From NCBI GenBank assembly GCA_017999215.1, contig JAGOBQ010000001.1, positions 1 to 31,774 on the forward strand: DNA of 31,774 nt, written 5' to 3'. A program made the translations under genes and the position numbers. The notes beneath the pieces are model-generated. The model ran no database searches, was not told the origin of the DNA, and saw nothing but the letters and a program-made list of their open reading frames with translations. Positions within the stretch are counted from its first letter, which is position 1, and the number at the start of each line of letters is the position of its first letter. Origin of the DNA: Thermoanaerobaculia bacterium (GTDB taxonomy: Bacteria; Acidobacteriota; Thermoanaerobaculia; UBA5066). This document shows positions 19,120 to 28,271 of this stretch, one piece after another.

Positions 19120-19155
19120 GTCGCGCCCCCGTGGAGGAGTCCCCGGGGGCGCGAC
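19120..19155. terminator. Bidirectional hairpin between the convergent DGC and Spy-like genes
   Basis: Perfect 12-bp inverted repeat GTCGCGCCCCCG-N12-CGGGGGCGCGAC immediately after the DGC stop. Confidence 0.65.
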
Positions 19156-19174
19156 GACGGAGACGCCTCCGGAA

Positions 19175-19651
19175 TCAGAGCTCCGCGCTCTCGCCGTCCT
19201 CGTCCGCCGGCCCGTTCGGCCGCGGCGCCTTCAGGCACCCCTCCAGCTTCGCCTTCTGCTCGGGCGTCAGCAGCGCCTCGATCGCGGTCCGGAGCTCCTT
19301 CGTCGCCTCGCGGATCGCCTTCATGTCGGCTTCGACCTCGAGAACCGCGGCCCCGACGGCGCACGGATCGGGCGGCGTCGCCGCGAGCGCCGTCCGAAGC
19401 GCCGCGCGGTCGGCCTTCAGGGACTCGCGAAGCGCTTCCATCTCCGGCTTCGCCGCCTCGAGGAGCGCCCTCACGTCGGCCTTCTGCGCGTCCGTGAGCC
19501 CCACGATGCCGAGGCAGCGGAGGTAGCCCGCGAGCGGCCCCTGCGGCCCGGGGGGGGGCGGCGCGTCGAGCGCGAGGAGGGGGCCCGCGACGAGGGCGAG
19601 CGCGAGCGCCGCCGCCACGGGGACGAGGTTCGATCTCGAGGAGTGCTTCAT
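19175..19651 (-). CDS. Spy/CpxP-family periplasmic protein (LTxxQ repeats)
   Basis: True start ATG at 19651 after AAGGAG; 158 aa. Signal peptide, LTDAQK and LTPEQK motifs, helical; three Cys. Confidence 0.8.
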   Translation of the reverse strand: MKHSSRSNLVPVAAALALALVAGPLLALDAPPPPGPQGPLAGYLRCLGIVGLTDAQKADVRALLEAAKPEMEALRESLKADRAALRTALAATPPDPCAVGAAVLEVEADMKAIREATKELRTAIEALLTPEQKAKLEGCLKAPRPNGPADEDGESAEL

Positions 19652-19675
19652 ACGAGGCTCCTTCTCCCGATCCGT

Positions 19676-19703
19676 ATTTCGCTGCGACAGCCCGTTCGGT
19701 TCC
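19676..19703 (-). promoter_or_regulatory. Candidate ECF-sigma promoter GGAAC-N17-CGAAAT for the Spy-like gene
   Basis: GGAAC -35-like element with a 17-nt spacer, about 25 nt upstream of the ATG. Confidence 0.3.
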
Positions 19704-19823
19704 GTCGCCGCTCGTTCGGTGGGCTGCCCTATCGACGCGGCGGCACGCCCCACGGTTGACGCGGAGACCCGGGCGGCGACGAATGCCGCGGCTCCGGCGC
19801 CGCCCGCCTTCCCGCGCCGGGTG

Positions 19824-22800
19824 CTAGGACGGCGTCCCGGACGGCAGCTCCAGGACGAACGCCGTCCCCTTCCCCTCCGCGCTCGTCACCCAGATGCCGC
19901 CCCCCATGAGACGCGCCAGGTGCCGCGAGAGGGCGAGGCCGAGGCCGGTCCCGCCGAACCGACGCGTGAGCGACGCGTCGCCCTGCACGAACGGGGTGAA
20001 GACCTTCTCGAGCTGCTCCGGGCTCATGCCGATCCCGGTGTCGGCGACGCGGAAGACCAGGACCTCGCCTCCGGCGCGCCGTTCCCGGAGGACGTCGAGC
20101 GTCACGGTCCCCGCCTCGGTGAACTTCCCGGCGTTCGAGAGGAGGTTGAAGAGGACCTGCTTCAGGCGGAACGCGTCCGAGGTCATCTCGCCCACGCCGT
20201 CGTCGATCGTCACGAGGAAGACGTTCCGGTTCGCCTCGACGAGGTGGCGCACCGTCCGGACCGTCTCCTCGACGACCGCCCGCACCGGGAACGTCTCCGC
20301 GACGACCTCCATCCGCCCCGCTTCCACCTTCGAGAGGTCGAGGAGGTCCCCGATCAGCTGGAGGAGGTGTCCGCCGGCGGCGCGGATCTTCCCGACGTCC
20401 TCGCGCGCGCTCGCGCTGGCGCCCACCTCCGGCTCCTCGGCGAGGAGCTCGGCGTATCCGAGGATCGCGTTGAGCGGCGTCCGGAGCTCGTGGCTCATGT
20501 TCGCGAGGAAACGGCTCTTGGCGCGGTTCGCCTCCGCCGCCTCGCGGAGCGCGGCCTCCGCCTGGCGGCGGAGCTCCTCGGCCCTCCCGATCTCGTCCAC
20601 GAGGCTTCGCGTCCGCTCGTCGACGAGCCGCTGGAGCTCCACCTGCCGGCTCCGGAGGCCGCGGACCCGGAGGGCGTAGCCGGTTCCGACGAGGGCGAGG
20701 AAGAACGCCGCGGCGCCGGCCTGGAAGCCGGTCCGCTGGTGGAGCCCCGGCGTCAGCCGGAACGCGAAGCGGGCGCCGGTCTCGTTCCAGACGCCGTCGT
20801 TGTTCGCCGCCACGACGCGGAAGACGAAATCGCCCGGGGGGAGCGAGGTGTAGAAGGCGGAGCGCCGCGAGCCGGCGTCGACCCAGGAGGTCTCGAAGCC
20901 CTCGAGCCGGTAGCGAAAGCGGACCTTCTCCGGGGCCTGGAGGCTCAGGGCATCGTAGTGGATCTCGATCTTTCCGCTTCGCGGAGGGAGGACGACCGGC
21001 GGCGCGCCCGCCACGGGACGCCCGTCGACGAGGACCCGGTCGATGACGACCGGAGGCGGGAGCGGGTTCGACGGGAGACGCGCGGGGTCGACGCCGACGA
21101 GGCCGCGCAGCGTGGGAAACCAGAGGCGCCCGTCGGGGTCGCGCAGCCCCGCCGGCCACGAGGCGCCGTTGCACTGCGCGATCGGCATCCCGTCCGACCG
21201 GCCGAGGGTGAGCGAGGGAACCGGCCCGCGCCGCCCCTCCATCCGCGCGAGGAGGTCCGCGCGGGAAACGCGGAAGATCCCCTTGTTCGAGCTCATGAAG
21301 AGCCCGTCCCCGTCCCCTTCGAGGATGGAGAAGACCCGTTCCTCGGGAAGCCCGTCGGCGAGGCCGACGGAGCGGAGGCTGCCGTCGCGGCGGAGAACCG
21401 AGAGGCCGCCCGCCGTGCCGATCCAGAGGAGCCCCTCGGCGTCCTCGTGGAACGAGAAGACGGTGTCGTTCGCGAGCCCGTGCCGCGAGTCGAGGACGGA
21501 GAGGGAGCCGTCCTGGAGGCGCACGAGCCCTCCTCCGTCGGTCCCGATCCAGGCCACTCCGTCGCGCGTGTGGTGAATCGAGCGGATCACGTCGCGCGGA
21601 AGCCCGCGAGAGCGGTCGATCACCTCGACGCGCCCTCCGGAGAGCCGGGCGACGCCGCCGCCGTACGTCCCGGCCCAGACGTCCCCGGCCCGGTCGATCG
21701 CCAGGGCGTAGACGATGTCGGAGGGCATCCCCTCCTTCCGGGTCCAGCGGGTCAGCCGTCCGCCCGAGAGGCGGACGAGACCGACGGTGTTCGTCCCGAT
21801 CCAGAGCTCGTTCCGCTCTCCGGCGAGGAGAGAGCGGACCGGGACGCCCCGGAGCGGAGCGGCCTCGGGCGGGACGACGAAGCGGTTTCCTCGAAGGGCG
21901 GCGATCCCGCCGGAATCGGTGCCGACCCAGAGCGTCCCGTCGGTCGTCCGGGCCATCGACCGGACGTTCTCGTCGGGCAGGCCCTCGCGCGTGCCGTACG
22001 CGACGACCTTCCGGTCGCGCAGCCGGCTGAGCCCTCCGTTCGTGCCGATCCAGACGCTCCCCTCGCGGTCCTCGGCGATCGAGCGGACGAACGAGTGGGC
22101 GAGGCCGTCCGCCGCCGTGAGCGTCTCCACGCGTCCTCCCGACAGCCGGGTGACGCCGCCGCCGTCGGTCCCGACCCAGAGCGCGCCGGTCCGGTCGCGC
22201 AGGAGTGACCAGGGAAGGTCGTTCGGGAGGCCGTCGCGCCGCCCGCGGACCGTCACCCGCCCGTCGTCCGTCGCCTCCACGAGGCCCGTCCCGAACGAGG
22301 CGGCCGCCACGCCGGAGGGGGCCGGAGCGAGCGCGTAGACGGCGCCGGGAGCACGCCCCTCGCGCGGGTGGACCCGCCGCAGCGTCGTCCCGTCCCAGCG
22401 CAGGAGGCCGTCGATGGTCGTGCCGATCCAGAGCCCGCCTGCGGGGCTCCCGAGAAGACTCCGCACCGGCACCCTCTCGAACGGGCTCGGGAGCGTCACG
22501 GCCCGGAAGGACGTCCCGTCGAAGCGGGCGAGTCCGGCGTCGGTCCCCGCCCAGACCGCGCCTTCGGAGTCCTCGGCGAGCGCCCAGACGTACTCCGACG
22601 GCAGCCCGTCGCGGACGCCGTAACGGGCGAAGACTCCTCCCCGCACGCGCGCGACGCCCCCGCCGAGCGTCGCCGCCCAGAGCGTCCCGTGCCGGTCCTC
22701 GTGGAGGGCCCAGACGCTGTTGCTCTTCAGCGCGGGCGTGTTGCGGGTGTCGTAGACGACGAAGGAGACGCCGTTGAAGCGGACGAGCCCCTCGTAGGTC

Positions 22801-23048
22801 CCGAGCCAGAGGTAGCCGTCCCGCGCCTGGAGGACGGCGTGGACGCTGTTCTGAGGCAGGCCCTCCTGCCAGGCGTCGAGGCCGTACTGCCCGAGCGGCG
22901 TCGCCGGGTCGAGAGCGGGGGCGTCTCCCGCGCCGAGGAGGAGCGCGGCGACGAGCAGGCCCCGGGCCGGAAGGAGCCGGAAGGACATCTGGACCGATTC
23001 TGAGGCCGAGCCGGCCGCGACGCGAGGAGCGCGGCCGGACCGCCTCAT
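19824..23048 (-). CDS. Sensor histidine kinase with periplasmic beta-propeller (Reg_prop) repeats, Y_Y_Y domain, TM, HisKA, HATPase_c
   Basis: Repeated GLP...V-x-A/S-L-x-ED-x2-G-x-LW-x-GT motifs; [10 protein letters not shown]...[13 protein letters not shown]; [16 protein letters not shown]; GGTGLGL. Start is either ATG 23048 (overlaps amidase stop) or ATG 22988. Confidence 0.92.
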   Translation of the reverse strand: MRRSGRAPRVAAGSASESVQMSFRLLPARGLLVAALLLGAGDAPALDPATPLGQYGLDAWQEGLPQNSVHAVLQARDGYLWLGTYEGLVRFNGVSFVVYDTRNTPALKSNSVWALHEDRHGTLWAATLGGGVARVRGGVFARYGVRDGLPSEYVWALAEDSEGAVWAGTDAGLARFDGTSFRAVTLPSPFERVPVRSLLGSPAGGLWIGTTIDGLLRWDGTTLRRVHPREGRAPGAVYALAPAPSGVAAASFGTGLVEATDDGRVTVRGRRDGLPNDLPWSLLRDRTGALWVGTDGGGVTRLSGGRVETLTAADGLAHSFVRSIAEDREGSVWIGTNGGLSRLRDRKVVAYGTREGLPDENVRSMARTTDGTLWVGTDSGGIAALRGNRFVVPPEAAPLRGVPVRSLLAGERNELWIGTNTVGLVRLSGGRLTRWTRKEGMPSDIVYALAIDRAGDVWAGTYGGGVARLSGGRVEVIDRSRGLPRDVIRSIHHTRDGVAWIGTDGGGLVRLQDGSLSVLDSRHGLANDTVFSFHEDAEGLLWIGTAGGLSVLRRDGSLRSVGLADGLPEERVFSILEGDGDGLFMSSNKGIFRVSRADLLARMEGRRGPVPSLTLGRSDGMPIAQCNGASWPAGLRDPDGRLWFPTLRGLVGVDPARLPSNPLPPPVVIDRVLVDGRPVAGAPPVVLPPRSGKIEIHYDALSLQAPEKVRFRYRLEGFETSWVDAGSRRSAFYTSLPPGDFVFRVVAANNDGVWNETGARFAFRLTPGLHQRTGFQAGAAAFFLALVGTGYALRVRGLRSRQVELQRLVDERTRSLVDEIGRAEELRRQAEAALREAAEANRAKSRFLANMSHELRTPLNAILGYAELLAEEPEVGASASAREDVGKIRAAGGHLLQLIGDLLDLSKVEAGRMEVVAETFPVRAVVEETVRTVRHLVEANRNVFLVTIDDGVGEMTSDAFRLKQVLFNLLSNAGKFTEAGTVTLDVLRERRAGGEVLVFRVADTGIGMSPEQLEKVFTPFVQGDASLTRRFGGTGLGLALSRHLARLMGGGIWVTSAEGKGTAFVLELPSGTPS

Positions 23049-24808
23049 CCCTTCGCCGCGACCGCCTCCACGAGCTTCGGCCGGCGCGTGTGGAAGTCCG
23101 TCGCCCGCTGGAAGAGCTCGGCCACGGCGAGGAGGTCGTTCTCGCCGAAGAGCCGCCCGGTGAACGTCAGGCTCGTCGGCGTCCCGTCGGAGAGCCGGAA
23201 GCCGTTCGGCACGACGACGCACGGGTGCCCCGTCAGGTTCGTCAGGAGGAGCGCGTCCCCGCCGAACGTCGGCGCGACGAGGAGGTCGACTCCCTCGAGG
23301 CATTCCTCCATCTCGCGCATCAGGAGCGTCCGGACGCGCTGCGCGCGGAGGTAGTCGGCGGCCGGGAGGAGCCGGCCCTGGCGGAAGACGTTCGGCCAGG
23401 CATCCGCGGTCTGGCGCACCATCCCCTTCACGCGACCGTCCAGGACGAGGGCGTCGAACGCGGCGGCCGCCTCGGCCGTCAGGATCATTCCGAGCGGGGC
23501 GACGGGCGTCCGGGAGGGGAGCTTCACCGGCACGAGGCGGACGCCGAGCTCGCGAAGGACGCCGAGGCTCCTTCGGTCGAAATCGCGCCACTCCGCCGCG
23601 CGGGCCTTCGCCTCCTCGTTCTCCGCCCCCGCGCTCCGGTCCTCGTCGAAGAGCTCTTCGACGAACCCGACCTTCAGCTCCGAGACGCTCCGGCCCGCCG
23701 GCCACGGGGCCGGGCCGTCCGTCGAGACCGGATCGAGAGGGTCCTTCCCGGCGATCGCCGAGAAGACGAGCGCGCAGTCCTCCGCGGAGCGCGCGATCGG
23801 GCCGACCTTGTCCATCGTCCACGAGAGGGCCATCACGCCGTGGCGGCTCACCCGGCCGAACGTGGGCCGGAGCCCGGTGACGCCGCAGCGCGTGCAGGGC
23901 GAGACGATGCTCCCCCACGTCTCGGTCCCGATCGCGAACGGGACGAGGCCGGCCGCCGTCGCCGAGGCCGAGCCGGCGGAGGAGCCGCTCGATCCCTGAT
24001 CCGTCTTCCACGGGTTCTTCGTCGTCCCGCCGAACCAGACGTCCCCCCAGGCGAGCTCGCCGACCGAGGTCTTCGCGACCAGGACCGCGCCCGCCTCCTC
24101 GAGCTTCCGGTAGACCGTCGCGGTCTCCGGCCGGACCTGCTCCCGGAAGAGGGGCGAGCCCCAGGTCGTCGGGTATCCGGGGACCGCGATCAGGTCCTTC
24201 GCGCCCCAGGGGATGCCGTGGAGCGGCCCGCGTTCCTTCCCCGCGGCGAGCTCCTCGTCGGCCCGCTTCGCCTGCGCGAGGGCCAGCTCCTCGGTCACCG
24301 TCACGGCGCACGAAAGGACCGGGCCGTACGTCCGGAGGCGGGCGAGGGCGAGCTTCGTCAGCTCCGTCGAGGAGACCTTTCGCGCGCGGAGGAGGCGCCC
24401 CAGCTCCCGCACCCCCGCGAAGGCGAGGTCGTCGTCCGACGGCGGGCGCACCACGGGTCGCTCCCGCCGCGCGGGGAGCTCGGGGCCTCTCGCCTCGGTC
24501 GGCGGCGGCCCGGCCGGAGCGAACACGATCGCCGGGGGGACCGCGTTGTCGAGCGCGACGGCGCGGAGAGCGGCGAGTCCCTCCGCCGTCTCGTTCAGGT
24601 CCGAGAGCATCAGCTCGCGCTCGGCGTCGGTGAACGCCACGCCGGAGATCCACTCCGCCTGCTTCACCATACCTGCGGTCACCTTCGCCGCCCCCTCCGC
24701 GAGCGCGGAGAGAGCCCGGCCGAAGACCGCGGCCCCCGCGCCTGCTCCGGCGAGGAGAGCCAGGATCCTGCGGCGCTCCGGGTCGACCCTTTCGGCGTTC
24801 TCGGTCAT
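23045..24808 (-). CDS. Amidase-signature family enzyme with a Tat-like signal peptide
   Basis: 587 aa. [15 protein letters not shown] leader; catalytic-triad motifs [14 protein letters not shown] and [11 protein letters not shown]. Confidence 0.88.
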   Translation of the reverse strand: MTENAERVDPERRRILALLAGAGAGAAVFGRALSALAEGAAKVTAGMVKQAEWISGVAFTDAERELMLSDLNETAEGLAALRAVALDNAVPPAIVFAPAGPPPTEARGPELPARRERPVVRPPSDDDLAFAGVRELGRLLRARKVSSTELTKLALARLRTYGPVLSCAVTVTEELALAQAKRADEELAAGKERGPLHGIPWGAKDLIAVPGYPTTWGSPLFREQVRPETATVYRKLEEAGAVLVAKTSVGELAWGDVWFGGTTKNPWKTDQGSSGSSAGSASATAAGLVPFAIGTETWGSIVSPCTRCGVTGLRPTFGRVSRHGVMALSWTMDKVGPIARSAEDCALVFSAIAGKDPLDPVSTDGPAPWPAGRSVSELKVGFVEELFDEDRSAGAENEEAKARAAEWRDFDRRSLGVLRELGVRLVPVKLPSRTPVAPLGMILTAEAAAAFDALVLDGRVKGMVRQTADAWPNVFRQGRLLPAADYLRAQRVRTLLMREMEECLEGVDLLVAPTFGGDALLLTNLTGHPCVVVPNGFRLSDGTPTSLTFTGRLFGENDLLAVAELFQRATDFHTRRPKLVEAVAAKG

Positions 24809-24860
24809 GGACGGCCTCCTGTTCCCGGCGGCGACATCCCGGCGGCCCCCGCTGGCCCGA

Positions 24861-24871
24861 ATGCTAAATTA
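24861..24871. promoter_or_regulatory. AT-rich island with overlapping -10-like boxes for the divergent mscL and amidase genes
   Basis: Plus strand TGcTAAATT (extended -10); minus strand TAGCAT and TAATTT. Confidence 0.45.
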
Positions 24872-24964
24872 CCCCCGTCTCGGCAGCCGATCGCCGTTCC
24901 TCGTCTGCGAGGTACGAGGGCCGGGCGCGGGACGAAGGCAGCCGACACGGAAGAGGAGAGCCAC

Positions 24965-25381
24965 ATGCTGAAGGAATTCAAGGAGTTCGCGATCAAGGGG
25001 AACGTCATCGACATGGCGGTCGGCGTCGTCATCGGGGGCGCGTTCGGCAAGATCGTGAACAGCCTCGTGACGGACGTCATCATGCCGCCGATCGGCCTCC
25101 TCCTCGGGAAGGTCGATTTCACGAACCTCTTCCTCAACCTTTCCGGCACCCCCGTCGCGTCGCTCGCCGAAGCGAAGGAAAAGGGGCTCGCGACGCTGAA
25201 CTACGGCGTCTTCATCAACACGGCGTTCGAGTTCTTCATCATCGCGTTCGCGATCTTCCTGGTCATCAAGCAGATCAACCGCCTGAAGCGCGAGGCCCCG
25301 CCGGCCCCGGCCGCCCCGCCCGAGCCCTCGAACGAGGAGAAGCTCCTCGTCGAGATCCGCGACCTCCTGAAGTCGAAGTGA
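24965..25381 (+). CDS. mscL: Large-conductance mechanosensitive channel
   Basis: ATG at 24965; 138 aa. [31 protein letters not shown]...EIRDLL. Confidence 0.97.
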   Translation: MLKEFKEFAIKGNVIDMAVGVVIGGAFGKIVNSLVTDVIMPPIGLLLGKVDFTNLFLNLSGTPVASLAEAKEKGLATLNYGVFINTAFEFFIIAFAIFLVIKQINRLKREAPPAPAAPPEPSNEEKLLVEIRDLLKSK

Positions 25382-25392
25382 CGGGGAGCTGC

Positions 25393-26118
25393 ATGAAGAA
25401 GGCCCTCGTTCTCTCCGCCCTCCTCCTCGGCTCACTCTCCGCCGCCGCGGCCGACGAGCCCCCGCCGGGTTGGCACGGCAGCGTCGGCGCCGGCCTCTCG
25501 ATCAGCTCCGGCAACAGCGACGCGAAGAGCTTCAACCTCTCGGGCGATCTGAAGTACGACCCGAAGACGAAGAACGTCGTGAAGCTCGGGGCCCTCTTCC
25601 TCCGGAGCGAGTCGAACGGCGCCACGACCGCAGACAAGCTCGTGGGGACGATCCGGGACGAGTACTCCGTGAGCGACCGCTTCTTCGTCTACGGCGAGGT
25701 CGGCTACCTGCGCGACAAGGTCGCCCGCCTGAGCTACCTGATCTCGCCGATCGCCGGGGCGGGATACAAGGTCGTGAAGACCGACACGATGACGTTCGAC
25801 GTCTTCGGGGGAATCGGCGGCGCGTTCGAGAAGCTGGAGGGGCACGACTCCACCTCGAGCGGCGCGTTCCGGGCGGGCGAGGCCTTCACGTGGAAGATCT
25901 CCCCGACGGTGACGCTCGGGCAGAACGGCTCGGGCCTCTGGAAGGCGAACGACACGGGCGACGCCTTCCTCCACTTCGACGTCAGCCTCGCGACGTCGCT
26001 CTCGAAGCTCCTCGAGCTGAAGCTCGCCTACCTCGTCGACCACAAGACCCGGCCGGCGTTCGCGAACCTCGACGAGACCGACACCGCTTTCCTCGCGACC
26101 GTCGTCGCGAAGTTCTAG
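25393..26118 (+). CDS. DUF481 (YdiY-like) outer-membrane beta-barrel
   Basis: ATG at 25393; signal peptide, WHGSVGAGLSISSGNS, alternating beta strands and terminal Phe (VAKF). Confidence 0.8.
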   Translation: MKKALVLSALLLGSLSAAAADEPPPGWHGSVGAGLSISSGNSDAKSFNLSGDLKYDPKTKNVVKLGALFLRSESNGATTADKLVGTIRDEYSVSDRFFVYGEVGYLRDKVARLSYLISPIAGAGYKVVKTDTMTFDVFGGIGGAFEKLEGHDSTSSGAFRAGEAFTWKISPTVTLGQNGSGLWKANDTGDAFLHFDVSLATSLSKLLELKLAYLVDHKTRPAFANLDETDTAFLATVVAKF

Positions 26119-26134
26119 ACGCCCTCCCGCGTCT

Positions 26135-26162
26135 CCCCGGGGCCGCGTCCGCGGTCCCGGGG
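26135..26162 (+). terminator. GC hairpin after the mscL-DUF481 operon
   Basis: CCCCGGGGCCGCG-TC-CGCGGTCCCGGGG, 12-13 bp stem with one G-U pair. Confidence 0.5.
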
Positions 26163-26225
26163 CCCGGATCGTTCCCGTCGGCCGACGCGCCCGTTCACGG
26201 CCGGGCCGGACGCCCTCTCCGGCGC

Positions 26226-26231
26226 TAAGAT
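26226..26231 (+). promoter_or_regulatory. Candidate -10 box (TAAGAT) upstream of gatE
   Basis: TAnnnT hexamer about 48 nt before TTG 26280. Confidence 0.4.
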
Positions 26232-26279
26232 GCCCCGTTCGCCCCGGGCCGACGTCCCGCGGGCGGGAAGGGGGCGCCC

Positions 26280-28271
26280 TTGTACCCGACCCTCGACTAC
26301 GCTGAGGTGGGCTTCGTCTGCGGGCTGGAGGTCCACCAGCAGCTCCTGACCCCGACGAAGCTCTTCTGCCGCTGCCCCGCGGGGCTCTACACGGAGACCC
26401 ACGACGGGACCGTCCTCCGGCACATGCGCCCGACCCTCTCGGAGCTCGGCGAGTACGACGGCACCGCGCTGATGGAGTTCAAGACGAAGAAGAACATCGT
26501 CTACCTCCTCAACGTGAGGAACGTCTGCACCTACGAGATGGACGACACGCCCCCGTTCCTCGTGAACCAGCAGGCGATCGACGTCGCGATCGAGCAGTGC
26601 CTCATGCTCGGGTGCGACATCGTCGACGAAGTCCACATCGCGAGGAAGCAGTACCTCGACGGCTCGATCCCGACCGGATTCCAGCGGACCGCCGTCGTCG
26701 GTGTGAACGGGAAGATCCCGTTCCGCGGCCGGGCGCTCTCCGTTACGCAGGTGACGGTCGAGGAAGACTCCTGCCGCGAGGTGCGCGACCGCGGGCACTG
26801 CATCGTCTGGCGCGCGGACCGGCTCGGGATGCCGCTCATCGAGACCGTGACCGGGCCGGACCTGCGGACGCCGGACGAGGTGGAGGAGGCGATCCTCCTC
26901 GTCGGCCGCGTCTGCCGCTCGACGGGCCACGTGAGGACCGGCCTGGGCGCCTCGCGCCAGGACGTGAACGTCTCGGTCCGGGGCGGCCGGCGCGTCGAGA
27001 TCAAGGGGGTCCCGAAGGCGGGCTGGGCGCCGCGCCTCGTCCACGGCGAGGCCTGGCGGCAGGTGAACCTCCTGAAGCTCCGCGACGAGCTCCACCGCCG
27101 CGGCTTCACGACGCCCGCCTCGCTCCGCGTCGAGTCGCAGGACGTGACCCAGCTCTTCGCGGCGACCGAGATCCCGTACCTCAGCCCCGCCGCGTGGGAG
27201 CGCTGGGTCGAGGAGGAGAAGATGCGCCCCGGTTTCGAGCTCGGGAAGGGGCCGTACCGCGTCCGCGCGGCGCGCCTCCCCGGCCTCGCCGGGACGCTCT
27301 CCTGGCCCACGCAGCCCGAGCACGTCTTCGCGCACGAGCTCTCGGGCCGGGTCCGCGTCATCGCCGGCCTCGACCAGGTCCCGAACCTCCTCCATTCCGA
27401 GGCGTGGCCCGACGCGCGCGGGACCCGCGCCGAGCTCAAGCGCCTGCGCGGGCGCCTGCGCTGCGGCCCCGACGACGCGATCGTCGTCGTCTGGGGCCCC
27501 GAGGAGGACACCGTCACCGCCTGCGAGGAGATCCGCCTCCGGTACGTCGACGCCATCAACGGCGTCCCGAACGAGACCCGCCAGCCGTTCGTGGACGGCT
27601 CGACCGACTTCGAGCGGATCCTCCCCGGCCCCGACCGGATGTACCCCGACACCGACAGCCCGCCGACGCGCGTCACGCGCGACCGCGTCGCCCGGCTGAG
27701 ATCGTCGCTCCCGGAACGGCCGTGGGACCGCGAGAAGCGGTACACGGACGCGGGGGTCCCCGTCTCGACGGCGCACTTCCTCATCCGGCGCGGCGCCGCG
27801 GCCGTCGTCGACCGGCTCGCGAAGGAGACGGGCGCGCCGGTGCGCGACGTCGCGTTCCTCTTCGGCGAGAGGCTGAAGGGGCTGCGGCGGGCTTCCGTCC
27901 CCGTCGACGCGATTCCCGAGGAGCGCTGGGAAGAGCTCCTCCGCGCCTTCGTCGCGACGCCGGTCCTGAAGCAGGCCTGGGAGCCGATCGTCCTCGCAAT
28001 CTCGGAAACGCCGGAGCGGCCCGTCGCCGACCTCCTCGCAGACCGCGGCCTCGGGCAGGAGCCCCCGGCCTGGCGCTCGGGGATCCCCGCGGCGCTCGCC
28101 GCGGCGCGCGACAGGGCCTACCGGAAGGAGGACGCCGAGCTCGTCCGCCGCCTCGCCTTCGCGGGCCTCATGCCGGGACTCCTCGGCCGCGTCCCGGCGA
28201 CCGAGGTCGAGGCGGCCGTCGCGGCCGCGTCCTCCCCGGACGCCCCGAACGCCTCGGAGGTGCGCGCGTGA
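26280..28271 (+). CDS. gatE: Glu-tRNA(Gln) amidotransferase subunit E (archaeal type)
   Basis: 663 aa, TTG start (in-frame TAA upstream at 26226). Motifs GLEVHQQL, KLFCRCP, LRHMRPTLSELGEYD, RKQYLDGSIPTGFQRT, EEDSCRE, DRLGMPLIET and RQDVNVS; AspRS-like insertion; GVPNETR and RMYPDTD. Confidence 0.93.
   Translation: MYPTLDYAEVGFVCGLEVHQQLLTPTKLFCRCPAGLYTETHDGTVLRHMRPTLSELGEYDGTALMEFKTKKNIVYLLNVRNVCTYEMDDTPPFLVNQQAIDVAIEQCLMLGCDIVDEVHIARKQYLDGSIPTGFQRTAVVGVNGKIPFRGRALSVTQVTVEEDSCREVRDRGHCIVWRADRLGMPLIETVTGPDLRTPDEVEEAILLVGRVCRSTGHVRTGLGASRQDVNVSVRGGRRVEIKGVPKAGWAPRLVHGEAWRQVNLLKLRDELHRRGFTTPASLRVESQDVTQLFAATEIPYLSPAAWERWVEEEKMRPGFELGKGPYRVRAARLPGLAGTLSWPTQPEHVFAHELSGRVRVIAGLDQVPNLLHSEAWPDARGTRAELKRLRGRLRCGPDDAIVVVWGPEEDTVTACEEIRLRYVDAINGVPNETRQPFVDGSTDFERILPGPDRMYPDTDSPPTRVTRDRVARLRSSLPERPWDREKRYTDAGVPVSTAHFLIRRGAAAVVDRLAKETGAPVRDVAFLFGERLKGLRRASVPVDAIPEERWEELLRAFVATPVLKQAWEPIVLAISETPERPVADLLADRGLGQEPPAWRSGIPAALAAARDRAYRKEDAELVRRLAFAGLMPGLLGRVPATEVEAAVAAASSPDAPNASEVRA

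Noticed and set aside
21380-22860. Recurrent GATCCAGA/GACCCAGA-like DNA words resembling a repeat array or CRISPR
   Set aside because: They encode the W-x-GT motifs of beta-propeller blades within the sensor kinase; there are no identical repeats with unique spacers.
23045-24808. Amidase as GatA completing a GatCAB/GatDE hybrid cluster
   Set aside because: It has a Tat-like twin-arginine leader and an N-terminal extension, is on the opposite strand, is separated from gatDE by mscL and DUF481, and no gatB or gatC is present. GatDE does not need GatA.
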